From the NCBI GenBank assembly GCA_043228905.1, contig JBHGNT010000012.1:3224001-3288000 (forward strand): a stretch of DNA of 64,000 nt, given 5' to 3'. The position numbers and the translations under genes were made by a program. Numbering within the stretch: position 1 is the first letter of the stretch; every line of letters starts with the position of its first letter. This document shows positions 36,438 to 48,276 of the stretch, piece after piece. The notes under the pieces were generated by a model, which worked only from the letters and a program-made list of their open reading frames with translations, ran no database searches and was not told where the DNA came from. Origin of the DNA: Azolla caroliniana (lineage: Eukaryota > Plantae > Polypodiophyta).

Positions 36438-36872
36438 ACACACGATCCAGAGTATCGAGTTCCTGTTTCAAGTAGGGGTTTTTAACAGAAACTCGATACG
36501 GCGTATCGAGTTCCTTTTTAAAACAACCTATTGTAAACAGGAACTCGATACGCCATATCGAGTTCTCATTTAAAATGCTTACTTAAAACCGCAACTCGAT
36601 ACGCCGTATCGAGTTCCTATTTACAGTAGGTTGTTTTAAAAAGGAACTCGATACGCCGTATCGAGTTCATGTTTAAAACCCCTACTTGAAATAGGAACTC
36701 GATATGGCGTATCGAGTTCCTATTTATAGGCGTACTTGAATCAAGAACTCGATATGGCAAATCGACTTTATGTTTTAAAAGGTTTCTATAATCATAAACT
36801 CGATACATCGTATCGAGTTCTTGTTTATAATAAAGGCTTTTAAACAAGAACTTGATACGACATATCGAGTTC
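36438..36872. repeat. Array of 9 palindromic 25-bp repeats (GAACTCGATAC-NNN-GTATCGAGTTC), 51-52 bp period
   Basis: Copies start at ~36438, 36489, 36541, 36592, 36644, 36695, 36745, 36796 and 36848. Confidence 0.93.
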
Positions 36873-36888
36873 CTGTTGGAATCGGAGT

Positions 36889-39100
36889 TTAGGTGTGTTT
36901 ATAGATGCCTTCCTCATTGAGTTTGTAGAAACCTCGGCCTTCTTTCCTACAGTTCTCCCAGTCCGCCCGGTAGGTATGCAACTCCGCTTCTTGTGTTGCC
37001 CACACCATCCAGCCTTTGTCTAGCGTTGCTTGTAATTTCGTCATAAACCTCTCCCGATTTGTTTGAAGAAGTATGCATACATTGTCGGTTATTACTTGGC
37101 AGCGGGTTTGCATTTCTTCCAAGGTTGTTTTGAGGTTTTCGATTTCTTGCTTATTAACCGCAGCTGCTTCCTCATAATGGTTCTTCATTCCTGCATATCT
37201 CAGATTCTTTCGAGTGTAATTCCTCCAGCCGTCCCATTTCATTGTTCACCCGGACTTCGACGTGATGCCTCACCTCATGTTCTCGTACGACCTGCTCGTC
37301 GTACCACACTTTTTTCTTTTCTAATAACGCCTGGAGTCCTGCGATTGCCGCATCCGACTTTTGGGCTTCCTCCTATAGTTTGGTGTTTTCTTCTTTAATG
37401 CGGGTGTGCCCAGTTGCCTCCGCTTCGAGTTTCTCTTCGAGGGCCTTTACTGCCTTTCGGCCTTTGGCCCGGATGTCCTTTTCTTTATCGGAGGATTGGC
37501 GGAGTTGGGAGAGGAGGCGGTCAATCTCGGACTCTGCAAGCTGTGTAGCCCTTTTTTCTTTACTAGCGATGGCCTGTTGTGCGGCAATCTCCTCTTGCAA
37601 GGTTATCAAGGGGTCCTCCCCCGCTACTGGTTCAGGATTTTGTGGTGCCCTAGTGATGCTGTGTTTGAGCTCCGTAATGCGCTCTTGGGCCTGCTATAAT
37701 TGGGCTTGAGTCATCTTGACTGTTTTCCACACGTTTTTATTCTTGCTAGCCATATCCTTGGCCCCCATACTCACTCTAGCCAATTCCCGATGTACCTCGA
37801 CCAGGGCCGCATTCAATGGAGGTAGTTCGATGCCCATACGCCGAATCCCCACATTCCGTTGCCTGCCAACCTTGGCTAGAGGCCCTTCATCCTCACTTTC
37901 CGCTGTTTGTGTGAGTGCACGCTCAATCATCTATTGTTCTACGTGCTCCTCCGCCATTCTCTACGACAACTTAATTTGCTACGTTGCCAAATATTCCATG
38001 AGCTCCTAAGTTGTTCCAAATTGTAGTAGCACACTGAACTTATGGGCTGTATTCGAGACGTCTGGGTACTTTAGAACTTCATTTTCCATCATGAGTACGC
38101 CTTTCCCACGTTGGGCTGTAATGATCGTCCGTGGTTCCCGGATTATTTCGAAAGTGGTGTTGGCCTCCATAGCTGCAGAACTGTTGACCAAGGCGGTCGT
38201 GTCTGTGTCCGCGGTTGTGTCTTTGACTAGTCTGCGCCCATCTTTCCTATCTAGCCTACACCCTTTCGGCCTCGGGCTTTCCTGGTGTTGCTCGGCTTCT
38301 TGCTCCTGCGGAGCTTCCTCCCTGCTCGTCGGCCGTTCTCCCTGTGTTGTCCGCGTGTTGGGCTAGGAAGATTGTGGCTCATCTTCCCATTCTGTGGTAG
38401 CCAACTCCGCTAACTTTCTTTCGTGGAACGTGGCAGTGGCGTGGGTTTGTTGGGTTGTGGTGTGGGTAGACCTTAGGGTGGAAATAGTATCATTAGATAC
38501 TGTTGTATGATTGGCCTTAGCTTTTTGCCGCCCTCATACACGTGCAGGCCTTCCCGTAACCCTGGTCTCGTAATTACCCCCCAATCGACCGCGCACCCTT
38601 CGAAGGTATCAATGATGATGCTTGCCTTCTGCTTTGGCATCCCATAGGCATTTACATGCACGCATCCTACCTCTAGCAAGAACTTGGCTATTTCTCGAAA
38701 GAAGGGGTTGGGGATTTCCTTCGTCCTGTATGTTTCGCGGACACTGAATATGCCCCGAAATATCTGTGCAAGGTTTCCGCAAGAGGGATGTCAAAATGTT
38801 TTTCTCCAAGCAATGATAAGTCAAGCTTCTTCCGGATGGTAGCGTTGGTGACCACGTCTATATTGAGCTTCCTGGCAATTTCCAGGGCTTCCGGGTGACC
38901 AGGTGCCTTGGCGGCTTTGATGTATCAATCCAGTATCTTTTCAAGGAGCCATCTATGCAAGGCGGTATAAATAGTGATCGGAATTGTAGGTGGTTGAGAC
39001 TCGTGGGTAATGGGTGAGGTTTGCGAGCTATGGCAGACGTAGGTTTTGTGGTATGATGGGGAGTAAGGTGAGTGAGGAGAGCGACGATAGCGAGGAGGGT
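36889..39100 (-). pseudogene. Extra 3' ORF of the Athila-like element (coiled-coil-rich), fragmented
   Basis: Collinear minus-strand ORF fragments 36889-38824 downstream of integrase, with heptad-like E/K/Q-rich stretches. Confidence 0.55.
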
Positions 39101-42100
39101 TAGAGGCTGAAGAGTGGTTTCTGTACTGTGTAGAAAACCTTCTATTTTCTTTTTTTTGTGGCCTAGGGTTCATTGGTCTGTGAGCCATCGTGGTGCCGCA
39201 TGTTCTTGCTCTAGAAGTTTATGCATGCATCAAGTCCTTTTAATAGCGTCACTATCTTCTCTTCTTCTTCTTTTTCTTTTTTTTTTTCTTTTTTTCTTTC
39301 TCTTGTAACGGTTACATACAATAGTACTGTGACATTATAATACAAGTGGGTCCCTTTTAATTAATTAACCCACGGATTCTTCGGCCGTGTAACGGGTTTG
39401 GAGGCACCGGTCCCAGGTAAGTTTTTAGTCGAAACCCATTCACCTTTTGTTGTAACACTTCTCCGTCCAGGGTGCCTAGTTGAAACATGTCGTTTTCTGC
39501 GCCAACTATCCAGTACGGCCATGTCCAGCGAAATCTTAATTTTCCTGGCATTTGCCCCATCCGTGTTTGAAAGACTAAGACCTCTTTGCCGACCGCAAAA
39601 TCTTTTTCACACGCATTTCGATGCCGGTCCACAAATGCTTTATGCCAACACTGCTCTTGTTCCAGTATGGCCATGCTTCGTAGTCGTGTCTTGCCTAGTT
39701 CGAGCAGCTGTTGTAGCCATATTTGTTCGGATTGGTCTTCTGACAACCAGTCTTGTACTTGAATCCGTAGACTAGGTACCTGAAATTCGACTCGCATTAC
39801 GGCCTCCAGCCCAAATGCTAGCCGGAAAGGCGTGGATTATATGTTGGTCTTATAGTTGGTCTGGTACGCCCATAACGCACTGTGTAATTTGGTATCCCAA
39901 TCTGTTCTGTTCTCATTGACGATCGTTTTTAGTATGGTTTGTAATGTTTTGTTTGTGGACTATGCTAAACCATTCGCCTATGGATAATACGGTGTGCTCT
40001 TCTTGTGGACAACGGCGTAGTGTTGTGTTAGCTCCCACATGACCAAATTTAGAAAGTGGCTTCCTTGGTCGTTGATGAGCTCAATGGGGCAGCGGAAACG
40101 ACACCAGATGTGTTCATAAAGAAATTTTATCATTACAGCCGCGGTATTTTCTCGTAGTGCTTTCGCTTCCACCCAGTTGGTCCAATAATCAGTAGCCAAG
40201 AGTATATATTTATTTCCAGTCCGAGCTACCGCCGGCGTAAACGGTTCCACGAAATCGAGTCCCCATTTCTGGAATGGATCCAACAGCAACACTGGTTGAT
40301 GTGGCATCCTTGCGACCTCCGTGGGCTGACCCATCCGTTGATACAAATCACATTGTTTGCAATATTCATAGGCATCCCCTTCCGTAGTCGGCCACCATAG
40401 TCCGGCTTGCCAGATTTTACGAGTTGTAACATCGCCCACATAGTGTCCTCCTACTGTACCACAATGAGTTTCACATAAAACTGCTTCCTTCTCATCCTGG
40501 CATATTCCACGTCGCCAGATTCCGTCGCTACCTTTGTGATATAGGACCCCGTCGACCAGACAGAAGTTACGACTTCGGACGGCCAATCATTTCTTTTCGT
40601 CTGTCCTTAATTGCAACGGTGGTAATCCTGTGGTCAGAAACAATGTCATCTCCATCAACCAACGATCTGGAAAAGAATTTTCCGTATGTGTCGCTATAGT
40701 TGTGATCCACAGGATGTCTGCATCAAGAAAGTCGTCGTCATCCTTCTGCACCATTTCTCCTTTATCTATCATGCTTAAGAAATCCACTACAGCGTGTTGC
40801 ATACCAGGTCGATGTTGTATAACAAAGTCGAACTCCTAGAGCAACAACATCGATCTAGCCAATTTTCCTGTTAGTGCCTGCTTCCCCACCAGGTGTAACA
40901 AACCGTATGGTCCACATGAAACGTAAATTTCCACCCCAATAGATAATGTCAGAATTTATTGATGTTGTATATCATCCCCAATGCTTCTCGTTCTGTTGTG
41001 GAGTAGTTACGCTCTGCCTTTGATAGCTTCCGACTGGTGTAATACACCGGTCTGTACCAATTCGGCTCCGTGAGCTCCGTGAGCTGCATGAACGCACTAC
41101 CTATTGCTATGTTTGAGGCGTCCACAAAAACGTGAAATGGTTTCACCCAATCAGGTGGTTGTATGACTGGTGCTTGAGTCAACATTATCTTAAGCGCATC
41201 GTACGCTTTTTCTTTAGTTGTTGTCCAGCTGAAAGGTGTACGGTGGACGGTGGCATGTAACGGTGTGGCGAAATCCGCCAAATACCGTAACGTACTACTA
41301 TGCCAGCATATTTGGCCCAGAAAACGGTTGAGTGCTTTGGCAGTTGTAGGCGTTTTTGCTTGAATGATCGCGGAAATTTCATTAGGATCTACCACTATCC
41401 CCTCCTTGCTGACGATGTGGCCGAGGAGTGCTCCGCTTGTGACGACGAATGCGCATTTGACTGGATTTAGGCTTAAGTGTGCAGCCTGGCAGCGCTCCGA
41501 ACATAGTCGTAAATGCCTCAGATGGTTGGAGGTTGTCCCATACATCGCGAAATCGTCCAGAAAGACTTGCATGAAGGCGGGTATGTAATCCCCAAAAATT
41601 TCCGTAATTTTCCGTTGGAATGTAGCAGGCGCCGTCTTTAACCCGAACATCATGACTACCGCGACATAAACTCCTCGGTTGGTAACAAACGTCGTCTTCT
41701 CTTTGTCGTCAGGATGCATGCGTACTTGATTGTATCCACTAAAGCCATCTAGAAAACTATACATGTCGTGCCATGCGACTGCGTCCAGTACGCTATCGGT
41801 GAAAGGTAAGGGAAACGCATCTGTAATAGTTACGACGTTAAGTTTTTGATAGTCTACACAAACGTGGATTTTTCCATTTTTCTTCAGGACTACAACTATC
41901 GGGTTCAGCCACGTCGCTTGCTTGACCGATCAAATGTACCCAGCCTTGAGAAGTTTGTGAATTTCTTCTTTTACACGAACCGCGTAATTCAGGTTCATTC
42001 GGTATCGACGTTGCTGAACAGGTTTTGTGTTGGTAGCTAAATTGATCTTATGCTGGTAGAATTTTGGATCCAATCCCTTCATGTCTTCGTGGGACCCCAC

Positions 42101-44620
42101 GAACACATCTTTACATTCCTTGAGCAGGGCTAACATTGCCTCTTTCGGATTTGGTAGTAAGTCTTTTGCAATGGAGAGTAATCGGGGATCCGCCGTTGTT
42201 CCTACGTTAACTTCTTCCAACGCTGAGGCTGTGACTCGTCATGAAATTTCCATTTCCTTCTCGAACGCGGCCCGTGATCGGTTTAATTCCATTATCGACT
42301 CTGGGTCTGGTTCATAAGCTTCTTCGTGAAGTGTAGTGGAAGTAACGTTTTCCGCCGCGGTTTCTATTACGTCAATTTCGAATAGCGGGATGATTCGCGG
42401 GTGCTCATCCAGGTATGCTTCCAGCTCTGTATCATCCACTCCTTCCAACATATTTATGTCTTCCGCGTACAATGGTGTCATTCCTTTGGGTTGCATCGTC
42501 ATTTCTTCTGTGGGTACGTGAACTTTGCTACGTCCTCGTCATAAACTAATACAATTATGTTGCCAGCTCTCTTTGATGTTAGCCGAACGAAGCCAAGGTC
42601 TGCCAAATAGTATTGGGTACGCTCCCGGAGCATTGAGTGCAAGTACTACCGCCAAGATGTCAAAGTGGTGACCGCCAATGACGATGCATAGTTTCCAGAT
42701 TAACCCTAAGGGCCCGACGGATCGGGTATCCGCCATGCGAAGCCAAAAGGGGTAAACTTCCCATTCCGAAATTCCTAACTATTCACACGCCTTTGCACTA
42801 ATCACATTAATGCCCGAGTCCCCGTCGATTATACAACCTGTTATTTCCTTCCCGTGTAGTACTAGCTTAATGGCTGGATTGTGGTGATCCACCATCGTCA
42901 GGCCGGCGCTAGTTTTGGCAAAATTTGCTCAGATATTTATATCGGGCCTACCTGTTATGCGATCTTCAATAGTTTTCCAAAATCGTGGAACTAGTTGAAG
43001 GAGTTTTTCCATAGTTATGGTTATTTCACAGCCTGCCAGTGCTTGCCATATGGGGTTTGGGGATATGATCTTTTCTTCTATCGACCCCACATTGGTTGCA
43101 GACTCCTCCCACATACGTGTCGTATTTGCCGTGTTTGCTTTTTCTACCCATGCTTGGGCCACTTTGCGTACCTCATCTTGTCCAGCCCCGTCAACATTCT
43201 TTGTTTGTTGCCGTGTCGTAACCTACTGAACTTCCATCGTAATCGTATTTACGGTTGGTCATTCGGCCTTGCGCAGTGGACACTGAGTTGCGTGATGTCC
43301 AGGTTGTTGGCAGATTCCTATCCACATGCGTCGCGGGCTCCTCCTGGTCTTGTTGCATTCTCCTGGAATTCCTGAGTGTTTGAGGTTGGTCCCTGCATGA
43401 CTCCTGGCGCCGGTCATCCTCCGAACTTTCGTCGTAAGGTCGTTGGTCCCTATACTGTCGATGCTTTCCTTGTGAGCGCGGCCCATTGAATCCACCACGC
43501 TTATTCATCGAACGGTGGTTGTCGTAACGACACCCTCCTTTATTATACCGGTGGTTGCCCTGATATTCTTCGTCCTCCACTCCTCTTCATCGGAATCATT
43601 GTTATTCCGACAATTATGGTAGTGCCGGTCATTGCGTGGATTTCGATCCGTATATCGGGGTCATTCCTCTTGGCGCCCTGGATCATTTCGGCGAGGTGGT
43701 CGATGAGGTTCTACGCGTCGTATTATGGGTGTAGTTTTGTTCTGCATATTGTACTCACATTGCTTAACTGTGTGTGTCGTTGAGTGACAAATTGGGAAGT
43801 GAACTCGCATATTGCATTCTACCGCGAAAAACCCGGAATTGAGGCAAATCGTGCACTGAATAGCCTGACGAAAGTGGCGTTCCTCGTCCTGAGGCAACGC
43901 CTGTCGTAATGAGGACAAAGAAAATCCTTCCTCCTCTTCGTCCAACTCAAGCTATAATGCTCACTCGATGACCATGTCGGCTATTTCCCCTTTTACACTA
44001 CGTGTGTTGAGCATCGTCCTGATAGGCCGTCGTAGGGCTGCAAAAAAAGTTTGCCTAGCCTCATCATCTATCGGGGCCCGTTCTAATTTCCGCCGTATAT
44101 TTTGGAAGCGTATGCTAAAGTCCGCGACCAATTCTGTTGGCAGCTGCTTGATTGTGTAGAATTGCTCGATGATTTCGCGTTGAGGTACCCTCCGATGAAA
44201 AAATCACAGAAATGCTGACTGCAACTGGTTGAAGGTTTGGATTGCTAGTAGATCCATTTGTGAATGCCAAACGCAGCTCTACCATCTAGAGTTAAACCAA
44301 ACTCTGTCATTTTTTACTGGTGCACTTCCTCTTCTGGAAATCACTGCGCCATGTGATTCGCGTTCCAAATGTTCAAGAATAACTGGATGTGGCTTGCGGC
44401 GTCTGTTTCGCGATTAAAGTGTGGGTAGGAGAAGGCCATTCCAGATGCGATGGTGGGCAGGGAAAAATCACGGTACTCGTGTGGTGACAGAACTTCCTCC
44501 TTGACGTCGCGGTGTCGTAGTGTATTTCGTACACTACGTGAAAAAGTAAAAATAATATAACCGATTTAATTACATATAAATAAATAAAATAAGAATATCA
44601 AGATATTTATCACGTGCATA

Positions 44621-44681
44621 GGGCAAGATTTGAACCTTGTACCTCCACGTAGCCAAACCTCAACTTTACCATTATGCTACC
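44621..44681 (-). promoter_or_regulatory. tRNA-like A-box/B-box module, antisense in the array LTR (repeated every 2881 bp)
   Basis: Minus strand GGTAGCATAATGGTAAAG...CAAGGTTCAAATCTTGCCC. Confidence 0.55.
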
Positions 44682-45395
44682 TTATCTTTAGTGTTCTATA
44701 AATAGATTTAATAACTATAAGTGCTTTATTTGCGCCTACCTTTATTAAAAGGTAAATCGTGCATTTTTTAGAGTGCGTGAATATTTTATAGAAAAACGCA
44801 AGCAACAAAAAAGTGACTCATGCACATCTAGCGTGCATGAGCACTATATTTAGCAAATAAAAGCAAGGATTAGAAAAGCATCACATGCACATTTAGTGTG
44901 CATGAACATATTAGAAAAAAAGCATGTAGCTATGCTTAGTCTCTCCCATCACTACATAAGGATGGGGAGCACAATGTAATAGGTGTGAAATATTTGGGAA
45001 ATTGGATATATTTCCTAAAACACCAACAATCAATAAAATATACTCGTGGGATTCACGAAGTTTAAGATAATCTATCTCTTTCAATCTAAATTCATATTCT
45101 TACATAAATATTGATTAATGTAATACTTGTGGGATTCACAAGGTTTGATCTCTTTTCTCAATCTACTCTAATCTATTCTAAATTATTTCAATTTATTACT
45201 ACGATTTAGATAAACTAAAACAATTATACTTGTGGGATTCACAAGTTTCTATATCTCTTTCTTATAATCTATTCATATTCATTACTAGCCTCATCTCATA
45301 TTCTTCTTTCTCCTAGTCCAAAACCCCGGTGGTTCCCACCCGACTCACGCAAACGATCCGGAGCCGAAAGGCACGACACAGTTGGTGAACCCGAC

Positions 45396-47441
45396 GTGAA
45401 GGCGGGTGGCAAGGAGATGGAGAATCAACAAGAGGCAATGAGCATAACGATGATGATGATGTTCGAGCGGATGCTACAAGAACAACGAGTGATGTCGGAG
45501 ATCACGGGGGCAGTAAAGCGGCTCGTACAACGAAACGGACAATTCAACGGAAACGATGTGTCACGCTATCTACGTGACTACAAGGCGGAGATGATACGAT
45601 GTGGGATACCAGAAGGATTGCAAGTGACATCCTTCAATCGGGTGGCCACGGATGAGCTACAAGAGAGAATCCACAAGATACGGCAACAAAACTCGACATG
45701 GGGGTCATTCGAAGAAGCTTTACGAGAGTCATATGATTACAAGAGATCGAAGGGACGAGATCGACGAGAATTCGACGAATGGGTGGCGTCGGAGAAGACT
45801 CACCGAAGTGCAACGCAAGCGTTCCTAGAGTTCGAGCATCGTTTTGCTCGACTCTCGGAGCGGGAACGAAGATTGGTGGGAGGAGATAAAGTCTTAATGT
45901 TCGTAAGATCGATCGATCGGAAAGAAAGGATGGACATTGGGATCGAACTCGAAGATGATGACGGTGCGAACGGCCTTACCGAGGATTGGGCTAAAGTCGA
46001 AAGGGTATGCCGAAGACATGATGAAAGGAAGCTGAGAATCTCGTCAACAACGACATGGCCCATGAAGGATGGTCGATTGAGGAAAAACGATGAAGCCAAT
46101 ATGAAGGCCGAAATACAACATGATGGTACCACGGGAGAAAGAGTGGAACAAGACACCCACTCGTCTTGTGAAAGAACGATGGCGAAGGATAAGGCCGATA
46201 ATTCAAGTGTAGAAGGAAATTTCGGGATACAAGTGCCCGAGACATCGGGTCAAAAAGGGGTAAGCATAATAGATGTTTGCATAATTGATGCAGATAAAGA
46301 GTGTGAAGCGGATGTGATTAAGGAGGTAGCCACAAAAGACGAAATCGAATCGGAGGTGGCTATGGACGAATCAATGGCGGATTGCCATATCGAGACTTCC
46401 CCACCACTGATTCTAGAGACTCCGGCGGTTGCGTTCGAAAGGCAATGTGAGACCGAAGAGACGGAAGGTGGCGGAGAGAAAACAAAGGTCGAAGTCGATG
46501 CGTATGACGGAGAGATAGCCGAGAATATGGCTATGGGTGAAACAATGGAGGATGATAATACCGAGGATTCCTACCCACTAATTCTAGAGACTTCGGCGGT
46601 TGTATTCAAGAACCAACGTGAGACCGGAGAGACGGGAGGTGGCAGCAAGAAAGGTAAAGTCGGAAGCCGGTTTGGATGGAAGGTGATCCGGACGGGATTC
46701 CGATCCGAAAGAAAGCCGAACCGGGTAAAAGAGGATTCGACCAAAAGTCGACCCGAAAGAAAGCCGAACCGAAAGGAAGAGAATTCGGCCGAAAGACGAC
46801 ACAAACGAAAGCTGAACCGGGCGAATGAGGATTCGGCCGAAAAACGACCCGAAAGAAGGCCGAACGCGAATATGGATGGAAGCCGACCTAGCCGAAAGCC
46901 AATTGGACGAGACCGATCCGGAAAGAAGCTAATCCGACTCAATCGGAGGTTGGACCGGTCGAGGCTGGTGAAAACGAGGAAAAGAAAGCCAACCGAAACC
47001 GAAAGCGATAGATCGAAACCGGGCCGGAAGGAGACCGACTCAATCAAAACCGAACAACCGATTCCGATTCGGCCGAATACGAATCCGATCGAAAGCCGAT
47101 CAAACAGAAAGTTGATCGGTCGAGAGCGATCCGGAAAAAAGTCAAGGTTGATGAAGACAAGAAAGAGGCCAGTAAAAGACACTACCACGAATGACAAGGG
47201 CCAAGAATATGACGAGAGAGAACAAAGAATATGGTGGATCGGATGGCGACAATGGTTCGGGTGGAAAGAATGGGTCTACTCAAAATGGAGAGACAAAGTT
47301 GACATAGCGGGACAAACGGAGGATGAAGGGGAGACAACGAGCATCGGCAACTTCGGCACATACCGGAGGATGTGCGGGTTCGGAGGGGGCGAGTGTCGTA
47401 GTGTATTTCGTACACTACGTGAAAAAGTAAAAATAATATAA
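45396..47441 (+). CDS. Gag-derived 681-aa protein, unit 1 (GTG in PBS; first ATG 45417)
   Basis: N-terminal ~210 aa align by eye to the Gag of 20081-27124; followed by acidic and R/K-rich regions; stop lies inside the next LTR. Confidence 0.85.
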   Translation: MKAGGKEMENQQEAMSITMMMMFERMLQEQRVMSEITGAVKRLVQRNGQFNGNDVSRYLRDYKAEMIRCGIPEGLQVTSFNRVATDELQERIHKIRQQNSTWGSFEEALRESYDYKRSKGRDRREFDEWVASEKTHRSATQAFLEFEHRFARLSERERRLVGGDKVLMFVRSIDRKERMDIGIELEDDDGANGLTEDWAKVERVCRRHDERKLRISSTTTWPMKDGRLRKNDEANMKAEIQHDGTTGERVEQDTHSSCERTMAKDKADNSSVEGNFGIQVPETSGQKGVSIIDVCIIDADKECEADVIKEVATKDEIESEVAMDESMADCHIETSPPLILETPAVAFERQCETEETEGGGEKTKVEVDAYDGEIAENMAMGETMEDDNTEDSYPLILETSAVVFKNQRETGETGGGSKKGKVGSRFGWKVIRTGFRSERKPNRVKEDSTKSRPERKPNRKEENSAERRHKRKLNRANEDSAEKRPERRPNANMDGSRPSRKPIGRDRSGKKLIRLNRRLDRSRLVKTRKRKPTETESDRSKPGRKETDSIKTEQPIPIRPNTNPIESRSNRKLIGRERSGKKSRLMKTRKRPVKDTTTNDKGQEYDEREQRIWWIGWRQWFGWKEWVYSKWRDKVDIAGQTEDEGETTSIGNFGTYRRMCGFGGGECRSVFRTLREKVKII

Positions 47442-48276
47442 CCGATTTAATTACATATAAATAAATAAAATAAGAATATCAAGATATTTATCACGTGCAT
47501 AGGGCAAGATTTGAACCTTGTACCTCCACGTAGCCAAACCTCAACTTTACCATTATGCTACCTTATCTTTAGTGTTCTATAAATAGATTTAATAACTATA
47601 AGTGCTTTATTTGCGCCTACCTTTATTAAAAGGTAAATCGTGCATTTTTTAGAGTGCGTGAATATTTTATAGAAAAACGCAAGCAACAAAAAAGTGACTC
47701 ATGCACATCTAGCGTGCATGAGCACTATATTTAGCAAATAAAAGCAAGGATTAGAAAAGCATCACATGCACATTTAGTGTGCATGAACATATTAGAAAAA
47801 AAGCATGTAGCTATGCTTAGTCTCTCCCATCACTACATAAGGATGGGGAGCACAATGTAATAGGTGTGAAATATTTGGGAAATTGGATATATTTCCTAAA
47901 ACACCAACAATCAATAAAATATACTCGTGGGATTCACGAAGTTTAAGATAATCTATCTCTTTCAATCTAAATTCATATTCTTACATAAATATTGATTAAT
48001 GTAATACTTGTGGGATTCACAAGGTTTGATCTCTTTTCTCAATCTACTCTAATCTATTCTAAATTATTTCAATTTATTACTACGATTTAGATAAACTAAA
48101 ACAATTATACTTGTGGGATTCACAAGTTTCTATATCTCTTTCTTATAATCTATTCATATTCATTACTAGCCTCATCTCATATTCTTCTTTCTCCTAGTCC
48201 AAAACCCCGGTGGTTCCCACCCGACTCACGCAAACGATCCGGAGCCGAAAGGCACGACACAGTTGGTGAACCCGAC

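Noticed and set aside
36438-36872. CRISPR array (palindromic repeats with constant-length spacers)
   Set aside because: Spacers are related to each other (two are near reverse complements of two others), there are no cas genes, and the context is eukaryotic.
33257-36872. ParB-MTase gene as a definite cargo ORF of the Athila-like element
   Set aside because: No matching 3' LTR was found beyond it, and the introns, AT-rich composition and palindrome array suggest a separate element; left unresolved.
46571-47197. 208-aa antisense ORF in each array unit
   Set aside because: Low-complexity mirror of the R/K-rich repeats; identity between units only reflects the duplication.
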